DNA of 64,000 nucleotides from Candidatus Poribacteria bacterium (lineage in GTDB: Bacteria; Poribacteria; WGA-4E; JAJDTR01), in NCBI GenBank assembly GCA_965222225.1, contig CBDCTK010000002.1, forward strand, positions 3,232,001 through 3,296,000, in the 5' to 3' direction. Position numbers and translations under genes: made by a program. The notes under the pieces are model-generated. The model was not told the DNA's origin. It did no database searches and saw only the letters and a program-made list of their open reading frames with translations. Position 1 is the stretch's first letter, and each line of letters opens with the position of its first letter. Below, one piece after another: positions 9,624 through 17,542 of this stretch.

Positions 9624-11285
9624 ATGAAATTCTCAAAAATACTCACTGTTTGCTTGATGCTTGGATTTGGGCAACTCACTGCGACTTTCGCGGAGTCCAA
9701 GCTAGTATCTGGCGATCCGAACATGGATGATCGGTTTGCGAACATGGATGATCGGTTTGGCTGGTCGGTAGACATCAGCGGGCATACGATAATCGTTGGC
9801 GCCCCTAATAACCACGAGAACGACGTTATTGAGCATGGATCAGCGTATATCTTTGCACTCAAAAGAGAGGGAAACAAGGACAACTGGGAACAGCAGGCAG
9901 TGCTCGATCCCCAGGAGGACGGACGCCTGAACGATAACTTTGGTTACTCTGTGGGAATCGATGGCGACTATGCCGCAGCCGGATCCCCCGGAATTAATAG
10001 TTCCACCGGTGCCGTGTATACCTACAAGCGCACCGGAGGTGTTTGGAAGCAACAGCAGAAACTCATTCCCGCCGACGCAAAAAAGAGAGACAATTTCGGA
10101 TATTCCGTTGATATGCTAGGAGAGCATCTTATCATTGGCGCTTACCTTGACGATAGCAAAGCAGGATCTGTCTATATTTTCAATCGCAACGGGGATAGAT
10201 GGCGGCAGCAGGCAAAGCTGACCGGCAACGACACTGCCAAAGGCGACAATTTCGGCGTCGCGGTTGCCCTCGGTGGCAACGAGAACGGCGTCGACTTCGC
10301 CATTGTTGGTTCGCCCAACAACACGCACAACGGGAAAAAGTCGGGCGCCGCATATATCTTCGTTCATGACGGAGGAAAATGGACGGAAGAGGCTAAACTA
10401 GTGCCCGCAGACGCTCAAACCTCCGACTTCATCGGAGATGCCGTATCTATTAGTGGGTACCGCGGCATCAAGCGTTACGCCCTCGTCGGAGCGCCGCATT
10501 TGGACTTGGCGCAGGACGTGGAGGGAAGGAACAGCGCCGCCTACATCTTCTCAAGCGATGGAGGCGCGTGGACCGAGGAAGCCAAGCTTAAGGCTAAGGA
10601 TCCGGAGAAGGCAGACGGCTTTGGATCAGGCGTGTCAATCAACCGTAATATCGCGCTAGTCGGCGTGCCGCGTCACGGGGAAGGCGCTATTCTGGACGGT
10701 GAACTCAATGCGGGAATTGTCTATCCTTATCTTCGGGAAGGCGACGGCTGGACTAGGCAACAAGCGCGGGCAACCACGGTAGCTCCGGACTTTCCGGAAC
10801 AGAGTTTCGGAAATGTAGTAATAGCCACGCAGGAGTTTATTGTCATTGCTGCGTACGGCTTGGGAAAGGGGAACCCCGGTCGCGGCGATCCAATGGGAGG
10901 TGCGGTGTATGTCTATCACACCCAAAGGGATTGGAAGCTGCCCTACGCCGTTGAACCGTCTGTACTAAGGGCGGCAACGCTGGGCGGAATAAAGCGAACG
11001 GCGCTATTCCAGAATTTTCCGAATCCATTTAATCCGGAGACCTGGCTGCCGTATCAATTGGGGCGCAAGTCAAATGTGACTCTCCGCATCTATAACACGC
11101 GAGGGCATCTTGTGCGCCGATTGGATGTAGGGCTTCAGCCGGCGGGCAGTTATCAGAACAAAGAAACCGCTGTCTATTGGGACGGTCGAGATCGATTGGG
11201 ACAGCCCGTCTCCAGCGGCCTCTATTTCTACACACTAACCGCAGGCACATCTCAAATCACGCGCAGAATGCTAATTTTGAAATAG
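9624..11285 (+). CDS. Secreted FG-GAP repeat beta-propeller protein with C-terminal FlgD-Ig/sorting-like domain
   Basis: Signal peptide, repeated DNFGYSV..G..A.VGAP...G.VYIF units, C-terminal ALFQNFPNPFNPETWLPYQL...SSGLYFYTL; 21-bp in-frame tandem duplication at 9718-9759. Confidence 0.85.
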   Translation: MKFSKILTVCLMLGFGQLTATFAESKLVSGDPNMDDRFANMDDRFGWSVDISGHTIIVGAPNNHENDVIEHGSAYIFALKREGNKDNWEQQAVLDPQEDGRLNDNFGYSVGIDGDYAAAGSPGINSSTGAVYTYKRTGGVWKQQQKLIPADAKKRDNFGYSVDMLGEHLIIGAYLDDSKAGSVYIFNRNGDRWRQQAKLTGNDTAKGDNFGVAVALGGNENGVDFAIVGSPNNTHNGKKSGAAYIFVHDGGKWTEEAKLVPADAQTSDFIGDAVSISGYRGIKRYALVGAPHLDLAQDVEGRNSAAYIFSSDGGAWTEEAKLKAKDPEKADGFGSGVSINRNIALVGVPRHGEGAILDGELNAGIVYPYLREGDGWTRQQARATTVAPDFPEQSFGNVVIATQEFIVIAAYGLGKGNPGRGDPMGGAVYVYHTQRDWKLPYAVEPSVLRAATLGGIKRTALFQNFPNPFNPETWLPYQLGRKSNVTLRIYNTRGHLVRRLDVGLQPAGSYQNKETAVYWDGRDRLGQPVSSGLYFYTLTAGTSQITRRMLILK

Positions 11286-11313
11286 ACTTCCAAGAGATTC
11301 GAAGATGGTTATC

Positions 11314-11343
11314 GGCAGGGCACGCGGGTGTCCTGCCTTTTTT
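11314..11343 (+). terminator. Rho-independent terminator
   Basis: GGCAGGGCAC-GCGG-GTGTCCTGCC followed by TTTTTT. Confidence 0.8.
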
Positions 11344-11466
11344 GTAATCACTAAACGGGAGCACTTCATGATTTAGACCAATTTTATCAAGCATTTGGCG
11401 GTATGCCTGCCCCAATGGTGGGAATCGTTCCTAAATTATGGAATTGCTAACATTGCCTATTTTGGC

Positions 11467-11495
11467 TTGACAATCTATAGAGCCAACAGTATCAT
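11467..11495 (+). promoter_or_regulatory. Putative sigma70 promoter (accD copy 1)
   Basis: TTGACA-17 nt-TATCAT; the equivalent at 16472-16500 is TTGACA-17-TAATAT. Confidence 0.6.
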
Positions 11496-11560
11496 AACTT
11501 TTTCCTACGAACAAGAATCGAATATGTAGTAAAACCCGGACGCGAGGATGGTGGCGATTC

Positions 11561-11791
11561 ATGGAATTGATTTCCTGTCGGAAATGCGACGCACAACTTG
11601 CCAAACAGGAGTTCATTAAGAGGCACCATAGAGTCTGCCCGGAATGCGATCATCATGACTATTTGAGCGCATTTGAACGTCTTGAACTATTGGTTGATGA
11701 CGGCAGTTTTGAATCGCACGACGACGGGCTTTATTCGCTCGATCCACTAGAATTTCCGGATTACGTGGAGAAACTGGAAAGAGACGCCGCC
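11561..11791 (+). pseudogene. accD: 5' fragment of accD, truncated at the duplication junction
   Basis: Zn-finger CRKC...CPEC through EKLERDAA matches 16563-16793, then runs into the antisense strand of the hydrolase fragment. Confidence 0.9.
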
Positions 11792-12301
11792 GCTGAACGG
11801 ACCGGCGAAAGGCGCGGGACCATGATGCTCCCACTCCCTGTCCGGCTTGATGATCGGGTTTCCCTCGTAGTAGGTTGGCTGGTGGAACGTGCGTTGCAGC
11901 GTGGTCTCCTCAATCAAGAAATCGTCCACGAATAGCTGTCTTCCAACGTCAATGTTGATAATCTCGGGCGGATTCTCAAGATACGGCACAGGCATTGGCT
12001 CCCGTGTCCACCCGCCGTAATCCGGCGGCCACTGCTCAGGTAGAAGGATACCGTTGTAAAGCGTCTCGCCCTTCTGTGTTTCGTCTTTCTCCTCCTGTCT
12101 GATGCGCATGCTTACCTCCGCTTGCCTTTCCTGCCCAGAATCTGGGTCGGTTTCCGTGCCGACTGCGAGCATCACATGAGGGTTCGAATCGGTGGAGAAG
12201 TCTAGTGTCAACGAATCTGTTGGACCACCCCCAAGTGCTATGTTACTCACAAGCCATATTCCAACACAGACCAGCATCAAGATGTCGTTAACTCTAATCA
12301 T
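11782..12301 (-). pseudogene. 5' fragment of the hydrolase gene paralogous to 5685..7559, truncated at the junction
   Basis: Matches the N-terminus up to APFAGPFSGGV, then fuses to antisense accD and stops at 11747. Confidence 0.9.
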
Positions 12302-12362
12302 TCCCGTCTAGTCCTTATGAGCCAAGCTGTTAGCAATTTCTCCTCTTTTTGCTTCGCTTATT

Positions 12363-13862
12363 TCAATTGCAACTGAACGAATAAAGTTTCGCGTTCCGCA
12401 GTTCAAACTTCAATCGTATTTCCTTCCCGTTAGCGCCGTTAGCGCCGATAGGATCCCATCCAGCCTTCCATGTTATCACGCCGTTGGTGATGGTACTCCA
12501 GACGGGTTCACTGTCTACAAGTGTCGCACCCTGTTCATCAACAACCGCGGCGCGGACGAACCCGCCAGTCTTCACGTCTGCCGTGATCCGCAGCGACCCG
12601 AAATAGCCTGTTATCGGTTTGGTCGTAATGCTGGCAGGCTTATCCGCCGATATCGGCTCGTAACCGGCGAAACCGTCGGGCCGCAGTGTCGCCAAACAGA
12701 AAGAGCCGACTCGCCAACCGGAATGTGGACCATCGCTAGCGCCGTAGTACAGACGCACCTCCTCATCCAAAAAGACAGGATTCGCGGCAGGGTACACGCA
12801 CCCCCAATCGAAATCATCTCGCTCGCTGCCTTGTGGAATCAGCGGCGAACCGGGGCATACCCGATGCCACTGAATCGTGTCCGGGCTCCAAGCCAACTCC
12901 GTATGAGTTCGATCGGTTTCCGTGTTGTAGATTGCCGGTAATCCGAGATAAATCCCCTGATACCGAAACACCGGCATGCAATAGATTTGCAGATGGGGCA
13001 TCTCTCCTTCAAACGCCTGCTCGACCTGCGTCCACTTGAGGAAATCCTTGCTAGCGACTCGTCCTACCGCGCGCACTCCCTGCTCCTGTCCATTAACCGT
13101 AACCTTGGTTTCGCTGCTCATGCGGGTAAAACCGACGTCTTCCCCACGTTCGGGAACCCACAAAGCGTTGTTGGCGCTATCCCAAGCAATACCCGCTTCC
13201 GGGCAGGGAATCTCTCGGCCCCAGCGTACCCCATCGGCGGAGAACGCAACCGCCAACATCTGGTGCCCTGTGGTATGCCCAATCATGAACGCCTTATAGC
13301 GCCGCGCGGAATCCGAATCCCGTAAATCTTTGAACACGCTTGCCCCATGCGGTCCCCGCACGGCAATGTTATTTTCGCTGTTCCCGAGAAACTCCACAAA
13401 CCCCAGTTTCGGTTTCTCCCAGTGGAAACCGTCTTTAGAAAAAGCGTAGCAAATCCCCTCGTCCCTATCTTCCGGCGATTTGTAGGGAGTTTCTTCCCGC
13501 TCTTCGAGCGTCATGCCTCTGGCGGAGTTGTCAATGATAAACGGCATGTACCAGCACTTGTATAACTGTTCCTCTTCGTCATAAATGACCCTTGCGTAGA
13601 GGTTGTCATAGCGTTTCTCCCACGGCTCGTCTTCACCAAAAAGAGGATTGGAGGCGTGTTTTTCTACCACCCCGAGAGTCAATTGTGCATTTTGAGTGTT
13701 CGCAACAACACGCGAATCAAGCAGAAGGTATCTTTCTTTTTTCACGTCTTCATCCTTCTTTCCGTGGGCGCCGTCCGTCGAGAGACTATAAATTGCCATG
13801 GCGAGCACAACTGTCACTGCCGCCGCCATCTTACCATCGAACCTTGTACGCCGTGCCTTCAT
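12363..13862 (-). CDS. Secreted glycoside hydrolase-like beta-propeller protein (intact copy)
   Basis: Signal peptide, Asp-box-like SKDGFHW, SADGVRW, SKDFLKW, SPDTIQW; C-terminal LATLRPDGFAG...AKLYSFS. Confidence 0.75.
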   Translation of the reverse strand: MKARRTRFDGKMAAAVTVVLAMAIYSLSTDGAHGKKDEDVKKERYLLLDSRVVANTQNAQLTLGVVEKHASNPLFGEDEPWEKRYDNLYARVIYDEEEQLYKCWYMPFIIDNSARGMTLEEREETPYKSPEDRDEGICYAFSKDGFHWEKPKLGFVEFLGNSENNIAVRGPHGASVFKDLRDSDSARRYKAFMIGHTTGHQMLAVAFSADGVRWGREIPCPEAGIAWDSANNALWVPERGEDVGFTRMSSETKVTVNGQEQGVRAVGRVASKDFLKWTQVEQAFEGEMPHLQIYCMPVFRYQGIYLGLPAIYNTETDRTHTELAWSPDTIQWHRVCPGSPLIPQGSERDDFDWGCVYPAANPVFLDEEVRLYYGASDGPHSGWRVGSFCLATLRPDGFAGYEPISADKPASITTKPITGYFGSLRITADVKTGGFVRAAVVDEQGATLVDSEPVWSTITNGVITWKAGWDPIGANGANGKEIRLKFELRNAKLYSFSCN

Positions 13863-14397
13863 GATAACATCCCACAACAATATCCACTAGACTTGTACTT
13901 TTAACAGGTTACTCCAAACAGATGCCAATGACGGTGCCGCTAGCAACAAGTTGATGTGCCTCGGTAACAGGCAGATCGCGAATTACGGCGTTTCCAGACG
14001 GTAGGGCTTGAGGAAGAGCGGTAAATCAATCCGGTGCAAGTCCGGCAAAAATCGGATTCTTCACGCACATCCCTAAACTATAGTTTAACCTTACTTAAAT
14101 AATACGTCAACACAAAGAATCACTTGCGAAAAGTGTTATCATCAACGAGACTCCCTACTTGCAGGGGCATAGCCATGACCGCTTTTTCTGGACACAATTC
14201 GCTGAACGTGCTACAATAAGATTTATTCGGTTAAGATTGTTAGCACGCTATAAACAGATTTTTTTGAAAACTTGGTTTCTGTCGCTTTATTCTAGCGACA
14301 AGGAAGTGCCATTCATTGCGATCCTCTAATTAAAATGCGAAAGCGGCGTAATAAAATTTTTCCGCCCAAAAAACTCTATCAAGAAGGAGGAGTGTTA

Positions 14398-16041
14398 ATG
14401 AGAATCTCGAGAATACTTACTGTTTGCTTGATGCTAGGATTTGGGCTGTTAAACACGGCTTCCGCGGAGTTCAAGCTGGTATCTAGCGACCCGAACATGG
14501 GAGATCAGTTTGGCTGGTCAGTAGACATCAGCGGGCATACGATAGTCGTTGGCGCACCAATAAACAGCGAGAATAACCTCATCGAGCACGGATCGGCGTA
14601 TATCTTTGAGCTCAAAAGAGAAGGAAACAAGGACAACTGGGAACAGCAGATAGTGCTTGATCCCAAGGAGGATGGACGCCGCAACGACAACTTCGGATAC
14701 TCTGTGGCGATTGATGGAGATTATGCGGCAGTCGGATCCCCTGGCATTAACAGTTCGACCGGCGCGGTTTACATATACAAGCGCAGCGAGGGTGTTTGGA
14801 AGCAACAGCAGAAACTCGAACCCGCCGACGGCGCAAAGAGGGACAATTTCGGATATTCTGCTGATATGCTAGGTGAGCACCTTATCGTTGGCGCTTACCT
14901 CGACGACAGCAAAGCCGGATCGGTCTATATTTTCAATCGCAACGGGGATAGGTGGAGACAGCAAGCAAAGCTTACCGGCAACGACACCGCCAAAGGCGAC
15001 AATTTCGGCGACGCGGTTGCACTCGACGGCAACGAGAATGGCGTCGACTTCGCAATTGTTGGCGCGCCTAACAACACTCACAACGGGAAAAAGTCGGGAG
15101 CCGCATATATCTTCGTTCATGACGGAGGAACATGGACCGAAGAAGCCAAATTGGTGCCCGCAGATGCGCAAAGCTCCGATTTCTTCGGAGATGCCGTTTC
15201 CATAAGTGGGCACCGCGGCATCAAGCGCTATGCTCTCGTCGGGGCGCCGCATTTGGACTTGGCTCAAGACGTAGAGGGAAGGAACAGCGCCGCCTACATC
15301 TTCTCAAGCGATGGCGGAGTTTGGACGGAGGAAGCCGAGCTTAAAGCCAAGGATCCGGAGAAGGCAGACGGCTTTGGATCGGGCGTTTCAATAAACCGTA
15401 ATATAGCACTAGTCGGCGTTCCTCGTCACGGCGAAGGCGCCATTCTGGACGGTGAACTCAATGCGGGAATCGTCTACCCGTTTCTGCGGGAAGGCGACCA
15501 ATGGGTTAGACAAAAGGCTCGTGCAACCACGGTAGCCCCGGAATTCCCGGAACAGAGTTTCGGAAATCTGGCAATAGCCACGCAGGAGTTTATTGTCATC
15601 GCTGCATACGGCTTGCAAAAAGGGAACCCCGATCGCGGCGACCCGAACGGCGGTGCCGTATACATCTATCACACCCAAAGGGACTGGAAGCTTCCCTACG
15701 CCGTTGAACCGTCTTCTGTACTAAGGGCGGCAACACTGGGAGGAATCAAGCGGACGGCGCTATTCCAAAACTTCCCGAACCCGTTCAATCCGGAGACTTG
15801 GCTGCCCTATCAATTGGAACACAAGTCAGATGTGGCTTTCCGCATCTACAACACGCGGGGGCAGCTTGTGCGCCGACTAGACGCTGGGATTCAGCCCGCG
15901 GGCAGTTACCGGAACAGAGATACCGCTGCCTATTGGGACGGTCAGGATCAGTTTGGGCAGTCCGTCTCCAGCGGCCTCTACTTCTACACGCTGACCGCAG
16001 GCACATCCCAAATCACGCGCCGAATGTCAATTTTGAAATAG
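14398..16041 (+). CDS. Secreted FG-GAP repeat protein with C-terminal FlgD-Ig/sorting-like domain (paralog of 9624..11285)
   Basis: Same architecture; GGAGGAG RBS before ATG 14398. Confidence 0.85.
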   Translation: MRISRILTVCLMLGFGLLNTASAEFKLVSSDPNMGDQFGWSVDISGHTIVVGAPINSENNLIEHGSAYIFELKREGNKDNWEQQIVLDPKEDGRRNDNFGYSVAIDGDYAAVGSPGINSSTGAVYIYKRSEGVWKQQQKLEPADGAKRDNFGYSADMLGEHLIVGAYLDDSKAGSVYIFNRNGDRWRQQAKLTGNDTAKGDNFGDAVALDGNENGVDFAIVGAPNNTHNGKKSGAAYIFVHDGGTWTEEAKLVPADAQSSDFFGDAVSISGHRGIKRYALVGAPHLDLAQDVEGRNSAAYIFSSDGGVWTEEAELKAKDPEKADGFGSGVSINRNIALVGVPRHGEGAILDGELNAGIVYPFLREGDQWVRQKARATTVAPEFPEQSFGNLAIATQEFIVIAAYGLQKGNPDRGDPNGGAVYIYHTQRDWKLPYAVEPSSVLRAATLGGIKRTALFQNFPNPFNPETWLPYQLEHKSDVAFRIYNTRGQLVRRLDAGIQPAGSYRNRDTAAYWDGQDQFGQSVSSGLYFYTLTAGTSQITRRMSILK

Positions 16042-16068
16042 GCTTCCAAGAGAATCGAAGATGGGTAT

Positions 16069-16101
16069 AGGCAGGGCATCCACGGGTGCCTTGCCTTTTT
16101 T
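16069..16101 (+). terminator. Rho-independent terminator
   Basis: AGGCAGGGCATC-CACG-GGTGCCTTGCCT followed by a T-run. Confidence 0.8.
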
Positions 16102-16186
16102 GTGACCTGTAAACGACTTAGAAGAGTAAACTCCAATTATAGCATGCTTGCATCCGAACTCAAGGAAATCGCATCTGATGATGGGA

Positions 16187-16224
16187 GATCAAGCGACCAG
16201 ATTGGGAGTGGGATAGAGATTCCT
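16187..16224 (+). mobile_element. 37-nt element copy inside a hairpin
   Basis: GATCAAGCGACCAGATTGGGAGTGGGATAGAGATTCCT between ATGGGA and CCGCAGTGCCGTCCCAT. Confidence 0.65.
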
Positions 16225-16327
16225 CCGCAGTGCCGTCCCATGATTGTAATTGTAACGAACAATCACGGCTGTCCCGACTGGACGGCGTGCATTCTTCAAT
16301 GATCAACTGATGATTGCCCATTACGAA

Positions 16328-16354
16328 AGGGCGAACCTAGAGGTTCGCCCCTAC
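16328..16354 (-). repeat. GTAG-type REP-like hairpin
   Basis: Reverse complement GTAGGGGCGAACC-TCTA-GGTTCGCCCT. Confidence 0.65.
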
Positions 16355-16562
16355 AGAAGAAACAGGGACCGTCTTGTTCGCTAGGAACCAGGGACGGGGT
16401 TTGGAGCAAAATAATCATGACACGTTCACGAGATTTCTGCTGCGCTTACGTGGAGCGGACCCTATTTTGGCTTGACAATCTGAATAGTCAACAGTAATAT
16501 AATTTTCCTGTTAACCAGAATCACATATGCAGCAGAACCCAAGCGTGAAGATGGTGGCAACC

Positions 16563-17330
16563 ATGGATGCAATTTCCTGTCGTAAATGCGGCGCACAGCT
16601 TGCCAAACAGGAGTTTATTGAGAAGAATCATAGAGTCTGCCCGGAATGCAATCATCATCACTATTTGAGCGCATTTGAACGTCTTGAACTATTGGTTGAT
16701 GACGGCAGTTTTGAATCGCACGACGACGGGCTTTATTCGCTCGATCCACTGGAATTTCCAGACTACGTGGAAAAACTGGAAAGAGACGCCGCCAAAACCG
16801 GATTAAAATCGGAAGTGCTCGCCGGTATTGCGAAAGTCGGAAGCTATCCGGTGGCAATTGCAATCGGCGATGTCGGGTTCATTGGTGGAACATGTGGATC
16901 CGTTATGGGTGAAAAGGTGACGCGCTGTATCGAACGGGCAACCGAAAAAAAACTGCCCCTAATCGTCGTCTCCGTAAGCGGCGGGATGCGAATGCAGGAA
17001 GGTACGCTCGCTCTGTTGCAAATGGCGAAAACGGCGGCGGCATGCGTGAAACATTCCCAAGCGGGACTCTTTTTCATTTCCGTATTAACTGATCCGACCT
17101 TCGGAGGAGCAACCGCAAGTTTCAGCTCGCTCGGTCATGTCATTGTCGCTGAACCGGGGGCACGCATCGGATTCGCGGGACCTCTCGCAATTGCGAGCAT
17201 CCGCGAAAAGTTGCCCGACAACTTTCAAACCGCTGAATTCCTGCTTGAACATGGGTTGTTGGATCGAATCGTGCACCGTAACGAGATGCGGCCGCTTCTC
17301 ATAAATCTCCTGGAATTCAGTGCGTCGTAA
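16563..17330 (+). CDS. accD: Acetyl-CoA carboxylase carboxyltransferase beta subunit
   Basis: C4 Zn finger, GGTCGSVMGEK, SGGMRMQEG..L.QMAK, DPTFGG, AEPGARIGFAG. Confidence 0.95.
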   Translation: MDAISCRKCGAQLAKQEFIEKNHRVCPECNHHHYLSAFERLELLVDDGSFESHDDGLYSLDPLEFPDYVEKLERDAAKTGLKSEVLAGIAKVGSYPVAIAIGDVGFIGGTCGSVMGEKVTRCIERATEKKLPLIVVSVSGGMRMQEGTLALLQMAKTAAACVKHSQAGLFFISVLTDPTFGGATASFSSLGHVIVAEPGARIGFAGPLAIASIREKLPDNFQTAEFLLEHGLLDRIVHRNEMRPLLINLLEFSAS

Positions 17331-17347
17331 TTTCAACTACGCGTTAC

Positions 17348-17413
17348 GATCAAACGAGTGAATAGCGAGTGCGATAGAAGATCCCATAGTAAATCCCGTG
17401 CGATAGCAATCCC
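17348..17413 (+). mobile_element. 37-nt element plus two stacked 3' fragments
   Basis: Full copy 17348-17385, ATAGTAAATCCC 17386-17397, GTGCGATAGCAATCCC 17398-17413; flanks GCGTTAC | ATCACGCATTA. Confidence 0.75.
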
Positions 17414-17542
17414 ATCACGCATTAGCTTTATGACATGATAAACTACAAGGTTTTCAGCGTTTGGCCGCGGACGTACTACTTATATCAGCACTACTAGCTC
17501 ATTTTTTCTTATAAACATCGCAATTATAGTGGAGATTAGATA

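Larger units (their letters stand above)
7049..11781. repeat. Tandem duplication unit 1 (4733 bp)
   Basis: Same gene order and sequence similarity as 11782-16783; bounded by AGACGCCGCC at 7049 and 11782. Confidence 0.9.
11782..16783. repeat. Tandem duplication unit 2 (5002 bp)
   Basis: Paralogous to 7049-11781; followed by AGACGCCGCC at 16784-16793 within intact accD. Confidence 0.9.

Noticed and set aside
11561-11935. 124-aa ORF as a novel chimeric gene
   Set aside because: It is the accD 5' fragment reading through the junction into the antisense strand of the hydrolase fragment.
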